Both the position numbers and the translations under genes were made by a program. A model generated the notes under the pieces. That model saw nothing but the letters and a program-made list of their open reading frames with translations, was not told the DNA's origin and did no database searches. Shown piece after piece: positions 1 through 14,700 of a DNA stretch of 64,000 bases (positions within the stretch are counted from its first letter, which is position 1; each line of letters starts with the position of its first letter). The stretch is from Bugula neritina (lineage: Eukaryota > Animalia > Bryozoa): assembly GCA_964035545.1 (NCBI GenBank), contig OZ037773.1:463751-527750 (forward strand). The letters are read 5' to 3'.

Positions 1-246
1 TTGTTGGAGTAAATGTTCCAAGGTTGATTGACTGATTGATTTATTTATTGGATATCAAGACATGAAAACATGCGGCGAAATTCAGTGTAAATACTGGCTA
101 TAATAAGTAGGTATGAACAAATATATAAAAAAAAATCAAAACTCTGTTGGATTTTTTACTTTTTTCCCATTTTTGTTCCCGCCTACTTATCATAAGTTGA
201 AAGCTCTTAATATCCTAAATACTGTCACAATGAACATAATACTCAC

Positions 247-3200
247 TAGACGATTTAGAGGAGAGGCTGACAGAGAGGGGGTTGGCAGAGAAGGACCTTC
301 TGGTAATCCACCAGGTTGTTTACCAGAAGGTTGGGCAGCAGATACAGAGCTGATAGATTTCTCTAAGATTGTTTCAGGTCTGCAACATGATTTACAGACT
401 CAGTACACCAAACAATATCAAATAAATAAAACATAATATGCTAACTTATGAGAAAATTATTGCTACTAAAGATTGTATATAATTATGCATCCATCAATGA
501 AACCCAACAATGGCAGCAATTTAATGCAAGATGACGGTTTGTCATAGCATTATAATGATCTGAGAGACTATACACCCACATCTGTCAGATAGATGGCTGG
601 ATGACAATTCTCAAAGGTTTTCAGTGTTGTTGCAACTGGGAAGTTTGAGGACAAACTCTGTTATGTGTATATCAATTATAATGTTACTTTATTATCTTGA
701 ACTTGACTATACACAATACTTTATTTACATATAGTTGTGGCAGTCTGACTCACTCATAGTTTTGGTGAAATACCAGTCCTTCTATTTTAAGGTTTTAACT
801 TTAAATAAATTACAAGCAATAAGTAACCAGTCTAGCAACATACAGTTATACCAAACAAGTAATGGTTGCAGATATATCATATATCCTGACACTTACACAT
901 GTTCCTCAATGGTAGGCATGCCGAGAGAGTTGGCTGGACTATTTGATGGCAGAAAATCTTTAGGGCTTGTTATTTTACTATTTTTAGTAGCAGGCGAAAC
1001 CCATTTTAAGTGGGGCGGCATATCAGGGCCCCCTTCTTCTTTATCAGGGACACAGTCGCTACATATGCATTTTTCTGCAAATAATTATAATAAACAAGGC
1101 ATAGAATTTAAACTGCAATACAACTGTGCGATCTTTTTATATAAAATAAAAACTTGACTAAAACCTTTAAACAACGCTTCAACATGTTATGCAAATCATT
1201 ATTTTGATCAATCAGCTACTGGATGCTAATAAAACCATAAAAATGAACTGAGAAAGCTTTGAAGCAGTGCCAAAACCTCCAAAGCCTAGATTTAAAAGTT
1301 GCGCCTTGCAAAGTTCAAATGTTAGCAGTCGATAATTTTCATTGTAGGCTTCAACTGCTTCATTTTGTTTCGTTTACAAATCAATGGATACCGAAATCAG
1401 CAATGGTGCTGTGAGATTTTGCCTTTTTCTTAAGTGATCTTGCTAACTCAGATTTCTTTTGTCTGCTCTGCACAACGTCCTGATCGAAGCATTCGTCTGA
1501 GGATACTCGTTCCACACAGGAGTCTCGAGTTTTACTCAGTGCTTTCACCACTTGTTTTCCTGAATCCATAACTCATCACTCAATATGCTTATAACATGAT
1601 ATAATATGAGATACAACAATGAGATATATAACTGAGTATCACTGCGGCAAACATTGTAAAAATAATTCGAATAACATATTGTAATACAACAATACGTTTA
1701 GATTGCTTCAACTGCCAGAAATCATAAAAACTTATAAGGTTTGAGAAACTCTGCTTAAAACTCTCTACTGAGTAAAATACCTATCCCTAGCAACAAGAAA
1801 TGAAGTCTGACGATACCTGGAGAACACGGTTTCTTATGTCTAGACTTCCTGCAGTCACAGCACTCGGCAGGGGTTTTGCAGGCTCCTTTGGGCATAACCA
1901 ACTTACTTCCCTTGATAGGTATGTTAACCACCAGCTCTTCATCTGTGCAGTCGTTGGGTCTCGCGATGTAGTAAACATTTACCCCGTCAGTCACAAGGGT
2001 GCCTTCTGCAAAAAAGAGGAAGTAGTGTGATGTCATACTAGCATCATTTACAGAACAGGAAGTAATATAATGTCACAAGAGTATTGTCTACAGAAATGGA
2101 AGTAGTATGATGTCACAAGAGTATCGTCTACAGAACAGGAAGTAGTATGATGTCACAAGAGTATCATTTACAGAACAGGAAGTAGTATGATGTCACAAGA
2201 GTATCGTCTACAGAACAGGAAGTAGTATGATGTCACAAGAGTATCGTCTACAGACTAGCAAGGAGAGACATGATTTTATGGATGTCACACAGCAGAGCTG
2301 TTGATGGGAGATAAATTAGAAACGCCGCTGTACTAATATTGAGCAGGTCAATTGGCTTCCTAAACTTATATCTCACTCTCTGTGTGCATGTAACGGTATC
2401 GGTTGTTTATGGACACTAACCAGGAATGTTGAGAGATCGGCGTTCTAGCTTGTCCAGCATGCTTTCACTGTCACAGTACACTTCACAATCATCATCTTCA
2501 TGTTCACTCTCACATCTGCTTGCATTCTACAGTTTGTTACATTAATTTACATGATAAAACAATACACATATGTCAAATAAGGTTGTAAATGTAAAGCTTA
2601 GCAAATTATTTTTGTTTAAAATTATAACTTTTTAAAAGGATGAAACTTTGTGTGATGTTAAGTTTCCCCAATAGCCCCCCCCTCCCACCCCCTCTAATGG
2701 TTAGCACGCTGGCTTGCAAGTGGGAAGTCTGTGGTTCAATTCCTGATGGGGGCAATTATTTTACTCTTTATATATTGTATTCATATTATTGTGCTGGAAA
2801 TGCACATAAAAACTTGTCAATAGCAAAGTAGTATCTGTTACAACATTCACCTTTCTAGAAAGAGATCTCTTTGATATCGAATTGGGAGGTCGTCTGCTAG
2901 ACTCTGTAACGCTGATTCGTCTACTCCTGTCTTTCTCTATAATTCTACTTCTACTCTTGTCTATTACAACGTGGCTTTTAGACGCTGGGCCCTGACTCTA
3001 AGACATAAAGTCGTTTTAGTCAATGAAGCTGCGACATAAACTAGTAAACCCTATAGAAAATATCTTATCAAAATGAAACAAAACAGTTGTAAGATGAGAG
3101 AGCTGACAGAGAGCTGCCGGAGAGCTGAATACCTGGTTAGTGACGGACAGTCTACTCAGTATTCCACTTTTATTTTTATGTCTCTCGGCATCTTCTACCT

Positions 3201-6200
3201 CGCTGATCTCACTCTCATCATAGCGTGCTGCCGGTGCAGTAACTAACCCCTTAGAGCTCTGCTGCCGCATGTTGGCCTCAGAATCAAAGAATTCCTGGGC
3301 CTGATGGTACTGCTGGTGAGACGACTCCTCGGATGGCAAAGTGCTGGAGATGTTGTGTTCTGAGAAGTTCTCTACTGGATGCAAGGAGTTAACAGATTGG
3401 TGGTTTCCTGCTGCAGAGAGTTGCTGGTTGACTAGTTGATCCTCACTGAGCCGAACTTCACTTCTGGCATACGGAGTGTGACTTTGAGAGAGACTGTACT
3501 TGGGAACACTGAAGTCACTGGTCAGTACTTGAGATATGTTCTGGTGGATTTGCTGACCAGCTGATGAGCTCACTACTGGTGGCTGGAGCTGCGACTGAAC
3601 GTGCTGGGAGTGGCCAGGCTGCCACTGACCAAAGTTACTGGTCTGAGGTTTGCCCATCTGCGATTGATTCATCAATGCTGACCCTAGCTGTGATTGGTTA
3701 ACATGCTGTAGCTGACTATGTGGTGGTAGGTTTGAGGGGCTTTGCTGGTAAATAGCTGGAACCTGGCTGTGCAGAGGATGGAGTTGAGAAGCAGACGTCT
3801 GTGTCTGACTCAACTGCTGCTCTGCTGCAGAAGGATGGTGAGTCAGAGGATGTTGATCTGCAGAAGGATGGTGAGTCATAGGATGTTGATCTGCAGAAGG
3901 ATGGTGAGTCATAGGATGTTGATCTGCTGCAGAAACTGAGAAGTGTGGCTGCTGATTATACAGTCGCTGAGCTGAATGGTGGGAGTATGTAGGTTCAGGT
4001 ACATTTGACTGACGCCTGCCATGATGTGATGATGAAACGTGAGCATCGTGAATAGAAGAGTGCCATTCAGCTAATGCTACTTCTTCAGCTACAGACACAG
4101 AGCTTATACTATTCCACACACAAACCTCCACATATCTTGTTTATTATACAATATAAGATCCCTCAAAGTTCTTACACAAAGTATTTAAAAGCTACATGTA
4201 GCATAATATAATGGCATAGCAGGTATTTCCAATACATTAAGACTAAAATATTATTATGTAGTAATACTGCATCTCTCCACACTATAAATATGCTGTACCT
4301 TCACGAGATGCATTTGGTTTTACAGATCCTTGTCGTGCAGAGTAAGAATGGACACTTCCAAGCTTCTGACTAGAGAGTTTACCAACTGGCACAACTTTGC
4401 CAACCGAAACAGCCTCCAATCCATTGACAAGACAAGACTTGAGTTGACTGGCTGACCTCCTTCTCGGCCTACACTCAGCTTTTGATCTGGAAGCAGACGT
4501 TCAACATAGAAACATGCATTCGTGTGTAATAACTGTGTTACTGTATTACTGTATTACTATATAATACTGTATTACTATATAATACTGTATTACTATATGA
4601 TACTGTATTACTATATAATACTGTATCACTATATAATACTGTATTACTATATGATACTGTATTACTATATGATACTGTATTACTATATAATACTGTATTA
4701 CTATATGATACTATATTACTATATAATACTGTATCACTATATAATACTGTATTACTGCATGTTACTATATTAATGTATATTACTGCATGTTACTATACTA
4801 TTACTATAATTACTATATTACTGTATATTACTATATTACTGTATATTAATATATTACTGTATATTAATATATTACTGTATATATACTATATTACTGTATA
4901 TTACTATATTACTGTATGTTACTATATTACTGTATATTACTATATTACTGTATATTACTATAATATTACAGTATATACTAAAGCAGTGTATATTACTATA
5001 TTACTGTATATTACTATATTACTGTATATTACTATACCACTGTATATGCTAAAGCACTGTATATCACTAATACTTGTGAGTTGCAGACGGCCTCTGACTG
5101 TGACTACGAGAATGAACTGAATCTATGACAGAGAGTCTCCTTTGGTGTGACCCGCCCACCTCGCTGGACCTCTGTACTCCGCCATAAGTATTGCTGCAGC
5201 TAAAACATGGTAGTATCACCACTACACCAGCAGCTGAATAAACACATGATAACTAATGCTAGTCACATTAAGGGGTTCCACTTCTATTACTTCTGTATAA
5301 TGATGTAATGGGCAGGTAAATAATAACTGGAGTCTGACAGCAGCAAGCATATATTGGAATTATACACGTACATGTACACATACACATACATGTACACGTA
5401 CACGTACACAAACAGTTGAGAGTACAAAACTGTACTCTAAATATACACCTTTTGAGCTCACCGGTAAAGCTGGAAATTACAGAAGACTCAAGACCAGAAA
5501 ATGAATATAAATACTAGCCACAGGTTCTTAATTAAAACTGCATACATTTTTAGTTAAAACCCCTTCCTGAAAGAAAACTAAAGACTCATGTACTTGAATA
5601 AAACAGTGTTAAAAATGTTAATATAAAGTTGCAAGAAAAGTTTACCTCATATTTGCGAGTTGAGAGTTGGCATTATGGAGACTCGCACCACATATTTCAC
5701 TGCCAATCTTCAACAGGTAGTCCATAATCTTGGTCAGCATTTTGGGTTTCAGTGCTTTGTTTATCATCACTTTCTTTCTTAACTTTGTCAACTTTGCTTT
5801 GTTCTCCTTTTGTTCAGGTTGTCCTGACAACACACAAACAATTTACTAAAGAAAAATCCAATAAAAAGCAAAAAAGCTGAACAGCATATTCAAAGAGCTG
5901 AATTTAAATCACTAAATTTTAATTATAATTTTTTCAACTTCATTTTTTCATTACAAGTTTACAGCATAACATCCTTACGCAAGGATATGGGCAGAAGATA
6001 CACTCAGTTATACATGTATATAACATCATGTAAAGTAAGTTACAGATACACTCAAGTATGCATGTATATAACATCATGTAAAGTAAGTTACAGATACACT
6101 CAGTTATACATGTATATAACATCATGTAAAGTAAGTTAGAGATACACCCAGTTATACATGTACATAACATCATGTAAAGTAAGTTAGAGATACACCCAGT

Positions 6201-9200
6201 TATACATGTACATAACATCATGTAAAGTAAGTTAGAGATACACCCAGTCATACATATAATAACAAACTGCATGCTTTAGCTCTGCAGACGTTACAGCTGA
6301 TGTAATGTCTTATCCTCAAACAAAACTCGATTACGAGTTTGAGAAAAAGTTATCTGAAATTGATGGCAGAATTAAATTCTTAAACAATTCAGTTTGACAA
6401 TAACTCTTTCTATAGCTCTGTGTTTATATTAAAGCTATCTATTACTCCAGCTAGTGTTATGTTGTATAATATTATATTGAATTACATCTCACTTTGTAGA
6501 GCGAATGAAGTCACCAACCAACCTTCACACTTTTGTATGTAGCTGTCAGCTAGGAGTAAAAGCATTTCATTGGCTCCAAACTCTGCTGGGTCACAGTCTT
6601 CTTTTTTTGAGGAAGGGGACCTTGTAGACTCCCCTTCTCTCACTGGTGCGCAAGCCGGCATGCATGGAGCTTGGGCAAAGGAGATTGGGTAGTTGTACGC
6701 TCTGCTGTCCGGTCCATGCTGCGCTGCTAGTGGGACGCCAGCTCCTTGAAAAGAATGGTACAAAGACAGTTGCCCTGCAGGAGTGGCACTGCCAACTGCA
6801 TCAGTCGGTATATTTGAGTGGGGAGTCACTGGAAACTGTAGAGATGCTGTAGGGATCTCTTGAGGTGCTCCATGAAACATCTGGGGCTGTGCAGAATATG
6901 TCTGTGAGTTTCCAGGTAGTGCCTGGGATAATCTAGACAACTGTTGGTAGATACTATTCACAAGCTGAGGTGTGCCTGGGACCACCTGTGGTGTGCCTGG
7001 GACCACCTGTGGTGTGCCTGGTACCACCTGTGGTGTGCCTGGGACCACTTGCGGTGTGCCTGGTACCACCTGTGGTGTGCCTGGGACCATCTGTTGTGTG
7101 CTAGGCATCATTTGTGGTGTTCCAGGTATAACTTTGGGAGTACCTGAGAGGACCTTGGGAGTCCCTGGTGCGACCTGGGCAGACTCGGAGTGAGGAATTG
7201 ATGGAAAGTGGTTTGGATGAAGGGTGCTCTGTTGGACATTCATTTGAGAGGCTGAAGGTATCTCAGAGTTGGCTGGTTCCCAGGAGTTCCCCATGAAAGA
7301 TGGACCAGCTAAAAGCCAGAACATGGGTTATTGCAGTCCTGATACAGACTCAGTAAAACAAATATTTGTTAGAAGATTGAAGTGTCATGTGAGTGCTAAC
7401 GTTTGAACTAATCCACAAAACCTCTAGCTAGATTTAGTCTTTTTGCTGCTTATGTCAGCATAAGATATATCAATGGATTCTGCAAAATTTAAGCAACCTG
7501 CAGACTAATAAAATGTAGAGAGAACAATTACCTGCGGACCCGTAAAACACAGAGTTTCTCTGTGTCTGGCCACCACTGAGAGAGTTCCTGTAGTCATTAT
7601 ACAGTTTAGTCGTGGCCCCCAACTTCTCTACCACTTCAGAGTAAATCTCTTCAATCTCCTTGAACTTCAACTCTGATTCTGTCATCTTCTATCAGCCAAG
7701 AATGTCTCAGATCTACAGAAGAAGAAATGTGGGTATTACAGCTGAATCTGGGCAAGATCTGTGGGTAAGACAGGAAATGTGGGTATTAACGAACACTCCT
7801 CATTACTGGAACTTTGTCGGCTTAGATGATGCTGCAAGATACACAAGTGTTTGAATTCATTTAATGGCAGAATAGGGCCATCAGCAAAAAAAACTGCTAG
7901 CAATGGTATAACAGTTTTGATAGAGAAATAAGATGAATAAATCTAAACATAATTTTTTATTACTAGTGACAGTATATTAGTAGTGACAGTGTGTGTCAGC
8001 AATCCCTCGTGTGACGAGTATGATGTCTGCTTGCAAGCCCTAGTCTGTGCCGTGATCCGTAATCCGTTCCAGTTCAAAAATCCGTAAAACCTACTAGAGG
8101 TTGTGAGTTTTGAGGTGACTCACAAGCCCAATTCGAGATCGACAGTATGTTAGTAGTGACAGTATATTAGTAGTGACAGTATATTAGTAGTGACAGTATA
8201 TTAGTAGTGACAGTATGTTAGTAGTGACAGTATGTTAGTAGTGACAGTATATTAGTAGTGACAGTATATTAGTAGTGACAGTATATTAGTAGTGACTGCA
8301 ACTCTCTTAGCAAGTCTCTGTATTTTATTATCAAAATATTTCCTTACCATATCCGGGGCCAGTTAGAAGAGATGTCTGATACTGTAGATTGGTATATTGT
8401 CATCACACTAGGTGAACTTTTATAGAAAATTCCAAAAATTACTTAACATGCGAAATTAAATAAGTTGTGCATGTATTTGCACTCCATTGTTACACTTGAC
8501 TTTGTTAGTGTTGAGTGGGCAAGCTGGCCATTGTTGTCTTCAGAAACTCTCTACAAGCATTAAAATTATACTATAGAATTGAGATATCGTCAACCAAATG
8601 TCTCAGTAGTGTCTCTACAAACAGCATATACTGTCTCTATAAATATCATATACTGTCTCTATAAATATCATATACTGTCTCTATAAATAGCATGCACTGT
8701 CTCTATAAATGTCACACACTGTCTCTATAAATAGCATGCACTGTCTCTATAAATCATCAACATCACCTAATCAGATATAATTAGTTAAGACAACTGATCA
8801 GATATAATTAGTTAAGACAACTGATCAGATATAATTAGCTAATACAATATGTTTCACAAGTTTTTGTAAGAGCTTTTCCAGCAGATAGCATTGAGTTTGT
8901 AGACAGAAATTTATGACCTCGTTTGAACATTAGGTTGACGCCAGGTAAGTGAAAACCAAAGCTTTATGAAACAGCAGATTAGTTTACTGTCTGCATAATG
9001 CTGTACAAAGTACACTTTCCAACACAAAACATACATCAGTGTCCAACATAAAACATACAACATCAATGGCAGAGAATTGTTGGGTCCAGTCCCGCTGGAA
9101 GAAGTTCCTGTAGACAGTTTCTGTGAAAGTCTTGTTTCAAGGCTGGAAATAGTCTGATGCAGAAGAGCCATCTTGTACTTCAAGTCATCTGCCATGTTGC

Positions 9201-11692
9201 AAGCTCCGGGGCTTTCTGCTGCGTTGTCTAGCAACAAATAAACTGGGTTGCCTAGCAACAAGCAAGTAAGTCAATGATATTCTAAGCAACAAAATTCTCA
9301 ATTTCAGGTTTAAAAGCTTAATGCAGTTGACCATGAACACCAACTTTACTAAAGGGAAACATTAAATAGTATTTCAAATAACCTAAAGTGGCAATTAATT
9401 TCAATAATTCGTAGATTTGTTGTGCGGCTTGCTGTGAAAAAAATCTTTGGAGAACTTCCAATACTTGTTTTTTAAACTTGCTGATCATAACAAAACAAAT
9501 CAGAAAATCAAACCTGAGTTTGTATCTGGTGGTATAGAATCAGTAGTTGAAAACTCTTTTCTCCTAATTGACCAATCAGAAATAATATTATCCATTCTCT
9601 GCTGGATACTTGTACTTGACTTCCTGCTGGTTGCCAAGGTAGCGGTTCTGTCCTGACTCGTACGTCTGCTTAAGCTAATTGTGTCAAGGGACTTCACAGA
9701 GCTGAGAGCCATATTGCTTGGTTCTTTGGCAGAGTGGTACTCCTAGCAGCAACCAATAGCAACAGGCTTTACATATTGAAACAACCATACACTGAAGGAC
9801 TACCATCTCCAATGGTTGACCTAAGATGACTCAGGATATGACTCATAGCAAAGCTTTCTTATTTGTACTCCACATGAAAAATCAGAATCTACTATTAAAA
9901 GCTTACTAAAACGAGTCTGTATTTGTGACACAAATATAACTGTTAAAAATGGGTTGCACTTGGCTGTGGTTTTATTACTTTATTGATGCTTATATGCTTA
10001 CAACTTATTCAATTTTTTCACCACAAATACAGTATAATATCTTTCTAATTTACATAGAAATCTGGGCATCAAAAGCATAAGAACTATTATGATATAAGGC
10101 AGTAAAGTAGTCTTATCAATGCATTAGGTAATATTAAACTTTACATAGCAGATATACATTTTAATATTTTGGTTGCCCAGCATAATATATATTGTATATT
10201 ATAACGTATAACACACAACACAGCATATTGTGTCCTCATCTCTCAACCAGAAAAGACCTGCACACAACATATTCAGTGTATCCTCAGAACTGTAGGCACT
10301 GGTTACCTCTTCTGCAGCACCAATAGAAGCAGACGACGTTCTCCTCTCCAGCACCTCATTTATCCTCTGTATCATCACTCGGAGACCTGTCTGCTGGTTC
10401 TGCAGGATGTCCAGCTTGTTTATTATATCACATTGCCTTGGTTCCTGCTCCCCCTCCAACTCATTCAACTCTGTGTCTTTAGAGCACTGTCCCTTAGCAG
10501 TCTGCTTCCTGGATAGAGAAAATGTGGGCTACTGATTTCAGTAGCATGTAATGTATATTTACCATATTCGATCAACTATTACTAAATGAGTTACCTACAG
10601 TTGAAAATGCAACACTTTACTTTAACAAAATAAATAATCTTGCAAGTCAAAACCAATTTGCTTTGCCGTTTGTTTATTTTAGTTTGTTTGAGCAAACAGC
10701 AAGAAAACTAAAAAACATATTGTAGCCAAAACAAAGAACTTATTTTACATTCTCACAGCCGTTTGGCTACACATACAGAACTACAGTTGTTATAGCCTTA
10801 GAGTGAGTACATATAGCCTTAGAGTGAGTGCATATAGCCTTAGAGTGAGTACATATAGCCTTAGAGTGAGTGCATATAGCCTTAGAGTGAGTACATATAG
10901 CCTTAGAGTGAGTATACATAGCCTTAGAGTGAGTACATATAGCCTTAGAGTGAGTAAACATAGCCTTAGAGTGAGTATACATAGCCTTAGAGTGAGTATA
11001 TATAGCCTTAGAGTGAGTATACATAGCCTTAGAGTGAGTATACATAGCCTTAAAGTGAGTATACATAGCCTTAGAGTAGTATACATAGCCTTAGAGTGAG
11101 TATACATAGCCTTAGAGTGAGTACACATAGCCTTAGAGTGAGTATACATAGCCTTAGAGTGAGTACACCAACTTACACTTCAGTTTGGGGGGGTTCGTTC
11201 ACAATGTCTGGTGATTCCTCTGCAGAAACTAGAACTGTCGCTATGGCTGCGTCTACCATCTGTGTGCAGCTCACAGCTGAATCGAGTTGACTTCCTGTTC
11301 CTGTGTCTCTCTTCTCAACTCTCGTCATCTTCTGAACTAGACTGAGCACCTCATGCTTTGTCTCCTCATCAGACAGGGCATCCTTTATACGGTCCACAAA
11401 TCTCTCTCGTATCTCCTTAAAGTAGGATATCAAATATTCTGAGTTCAGACTAGCAGCGTTAGACTAGCAGCGTTATACTAGCAGCGTTAGACTAGCAGAA
11501 TTATACTAGCAGCGTTAGACTAGCAGAATTATACTAGCAGCGTTATACTAGCAGCGTCATACTAGCAGTGTTATACTAGCAGCGTTAGACTAGCAGAATT
11601 TACTAGCAAAATCAAAGCATACTTGTTCAAATGTTCTTGATATTTTTCGTTGACTAGGAAGTTTTATATTTACATGCAACTGTGAAAATAAA

Positions 11693-11752
<60 letters not shown>

Positions 11753-14700
11753 CACTCTGCTACATACATTTGTTCAGGCATGTCTATATATACTGTACAT
11801 GTAAATCCGCGTCCATAGAGGAAGGTTTGTATCAATTGACCACGAGTTATTACTTAAGTCTGATTACTATATTACTACACTTATTAGAACACTTTCAACC
11901 TACTAACCCCCTGATTGTATTGCCCCACAAAATCACAATTTATTATTTTGTTAATAAACATTTCATAGATTCTGTAGAGCGGACAACTTCTACTGCTATT
12001 TTCCAGCAACTACAAGTATTTAGGTCACGGATACCTCATCTGACACACTCTGCGTAGATTTGGTTTCCACTTCAACCACAACTCCATGTTTTTCTCTGAG
12101 TACTTTTAGCTGTTCCATTTTCTCTCTGTTCAGTCTATCCAGCTATAACAAGTTACCAACACAGTTTTACTAAATGAAAGGCAAGCTGATAATTGGCCTT
12201 CCCTGACAGAGTAAACCAATCAAAATCATGCTAAGACACAACCTTCTACTCCTGAGCCGATCAAGTATGTAATCAATTCTTACCAAAGACTCAGTCTCCT
12301 TCACTGGTACTATTGTTGTTTCAGTGGAGGTGGAGATGCTGTTCACAGAGCTACCTGAGCAGAACAAATATATTAACATTCTCTCTAAACCACACAGTCA
12401 CATATTTGGCCATAAAATCACAACCTCTGTGAAACCACTGACTGCGTGGGTTTAGACAGGTTTTGCCTTCAACTACGAGGGCATTAAAAAGTAAATCACT
12501 GTAGGATGTCCGCAATCCAGATAAAGTTGCAAATCAGATAGAAGTATAAATTCACCGTGTTTGTTATTAGCAACTATATCACTCCTACTAGCTGTTTACT
12601 TGAGATATTACATGAAAAAATCTTTCAGATTCTACCACTTGACATAATAATATAATTGAGAAATGTAACTATCCAGTATCCAGTACACATAAACCATAAT
12701 ATATGTGTAATATTACAGTTTTAACAGTGTATACATTAATACTATTAACACAGATAGCCGTGATAGATCATTTCTAACATAAAAAGCCATGAAGTATTAT
12801 CCAAGTACAAAGATTGAGATAGCTTACAGAGCATAGTGGTATGCATGCACATTAGGTTAGAAAGTATAATTAAGCTCTCTCAAATAAGTCTTCATACCTA
12901 CCTTCAACTGTTCCAGAGTTATCTCCCCGTTGTGCTATCCCAGAATACACCTGTGATGTTCTCACTGAGCTTATACTTCTGCTTAGCCTCACTTCTTCAC
13001 TAGAACTGCTCACGGCTCGTTGCAAGTTGACTAGAAGTGTAAAACCACAGGCTATAGTAAACATCCTATGACACGCTGAATAATGAAACAAATGCATTTA
13101 ATATGCAAAACAATTCAAATAAAATTATTCAAACAGATATTTTTTATATTATTAGTTAATGTCATTTTCATATCTGTATAATAAATAAATGAAAGTATGA
13201 TTTGTCATAGAATAAAACAAGAATGCCGAGTATTTACCGAGCTTTGACCTTTTGGTGACATTGAGGTCTAAACTATGTTCCTGCTTGATTTGTGGTTTCA
13301 TGAGCTGATAGACCTTTGTCTTTCTAGAGAAATCAAGCTGAGTAAAAAGGTGTCTATTGGATACGGTTGAAACTTGAGCTTTCTTCAGCAGATTATGTTT
13401 CTGCCGGCACTCAGTTATTTTTGCCAAATCAAGTTGTTCAATTCTGGTCTAGGAAAACAATTCATACTTATGTTATGCTACAATTATGAATTTATTACTC
13501 AATAGTTATCTCCCCTGCCATGCAGAGAAACACTAGCTAAAAATAAGTCAAAATGCCACCGCAATATTGAGTATAGCGTGGGTGTGGCCTGTGCGGTGAC
13601 AAATAATATAATGGGTTAATAAAGGAGTGTAGAAAGAAGAAGTTGAGGGGGTGCAGCAGAGCAGAGCTGAGAAGAGTTGTGAACTTGTGATGTAGCGTAA
13701 GACTGGGTGATCAACTCAAACGCCTGGGCTGTGGAGCAGTACCCGGTGAGCACCCTAATCTGGTGGCCATATCAAACTAGAAACTGCAGCTATTATCACA
13801 TCCACGCTGAGGAGAACTCTGTAAAATCTGAGAGAATAATAAATAGAATGCAATCATTGCTTTATGAAATTCCATTATCAGATAAAGAGTTAGTAAAGAA
13901 TAGCTGCAGACACTAAGAATGGTACCTCGGCATGAATGAGTCTACATAAAACCCTTGTATTTCTGCCAACAGTTTTCACCCTTTCTAAAATCTTCTCTGG
14001 GACGAGGGAGATAGTGGGTGCAGAGATGCGGACAGCTGACACATTTGATACTCGCCAAAGTTCCACCTTCTCTGTGCACCAGTAATCACCAGCGTCGTAT
14101 GTCGCAGGTTCAGTGACATCACTTCCTTCACTGCTGATGGTCTTGCATCGTCTCTTCTGACACAAGAGCTCGAGACTATCCGAGTGAGAAGAGAGGCGGG
14201 CACCCACTTCCTGTTCTGTATTGCATAAAGAAGCTGAGATATCAAATAGTAAGAGGATGATAGAAGATAATAGGAAGTGATTTTGCAGTATTTTTGCTAT
14301 TATGTGTTATAAGAACTATTGATAGCTCCCATCGCTAGTAATAAATGTTGCTTGATGTGCAGTTAAAAGACATGTTCATTGATTTGATCAACAGCTTGTT
14401 GTTCATATCTTTGAATTTCATAGAACGGCATAGCAAAAACACTGTTAGACTCTAATTCAAATGGAAAGGAAGCCTCAACTCAGTGTAGCAGTCATAAAAA
14501 ACTTGTTTGTCTGTATATCCCCGGGTAGAAGTGAACTCCCCACCTGGCAGCTCCCCGATACATTCATCTATCGACCAGCGAACCGCCTTCAAGTGACTCC
14601 CTCTCTTCTGATCTGTAGACTTCAGAGACAACTGGCTAGGTGAGTCGGTCAAAGTCGTAACGTACAGTTTTGACCAGTCGACAGTCTCGGTAGACGTGCA

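Noticed and set aside
2690-2775. Functional tRNA gene (also 26868-26950 and ~18160-18260)
   Set aside because: Only box-like motifs; acceptor and anticodon stems cannot be formed convincingly
4522-11149. Repetitive ORFs (YYYIIL, CITGCISNLLYMML, MYTHSKA)
   Set aside because: Translations of intronic tandem repeats
12473-12500. Mariner-like terminal sequence TACGAGGGCATTAAAAAGT
   Set aside because: No partner inverted repeat or transposase found nearby
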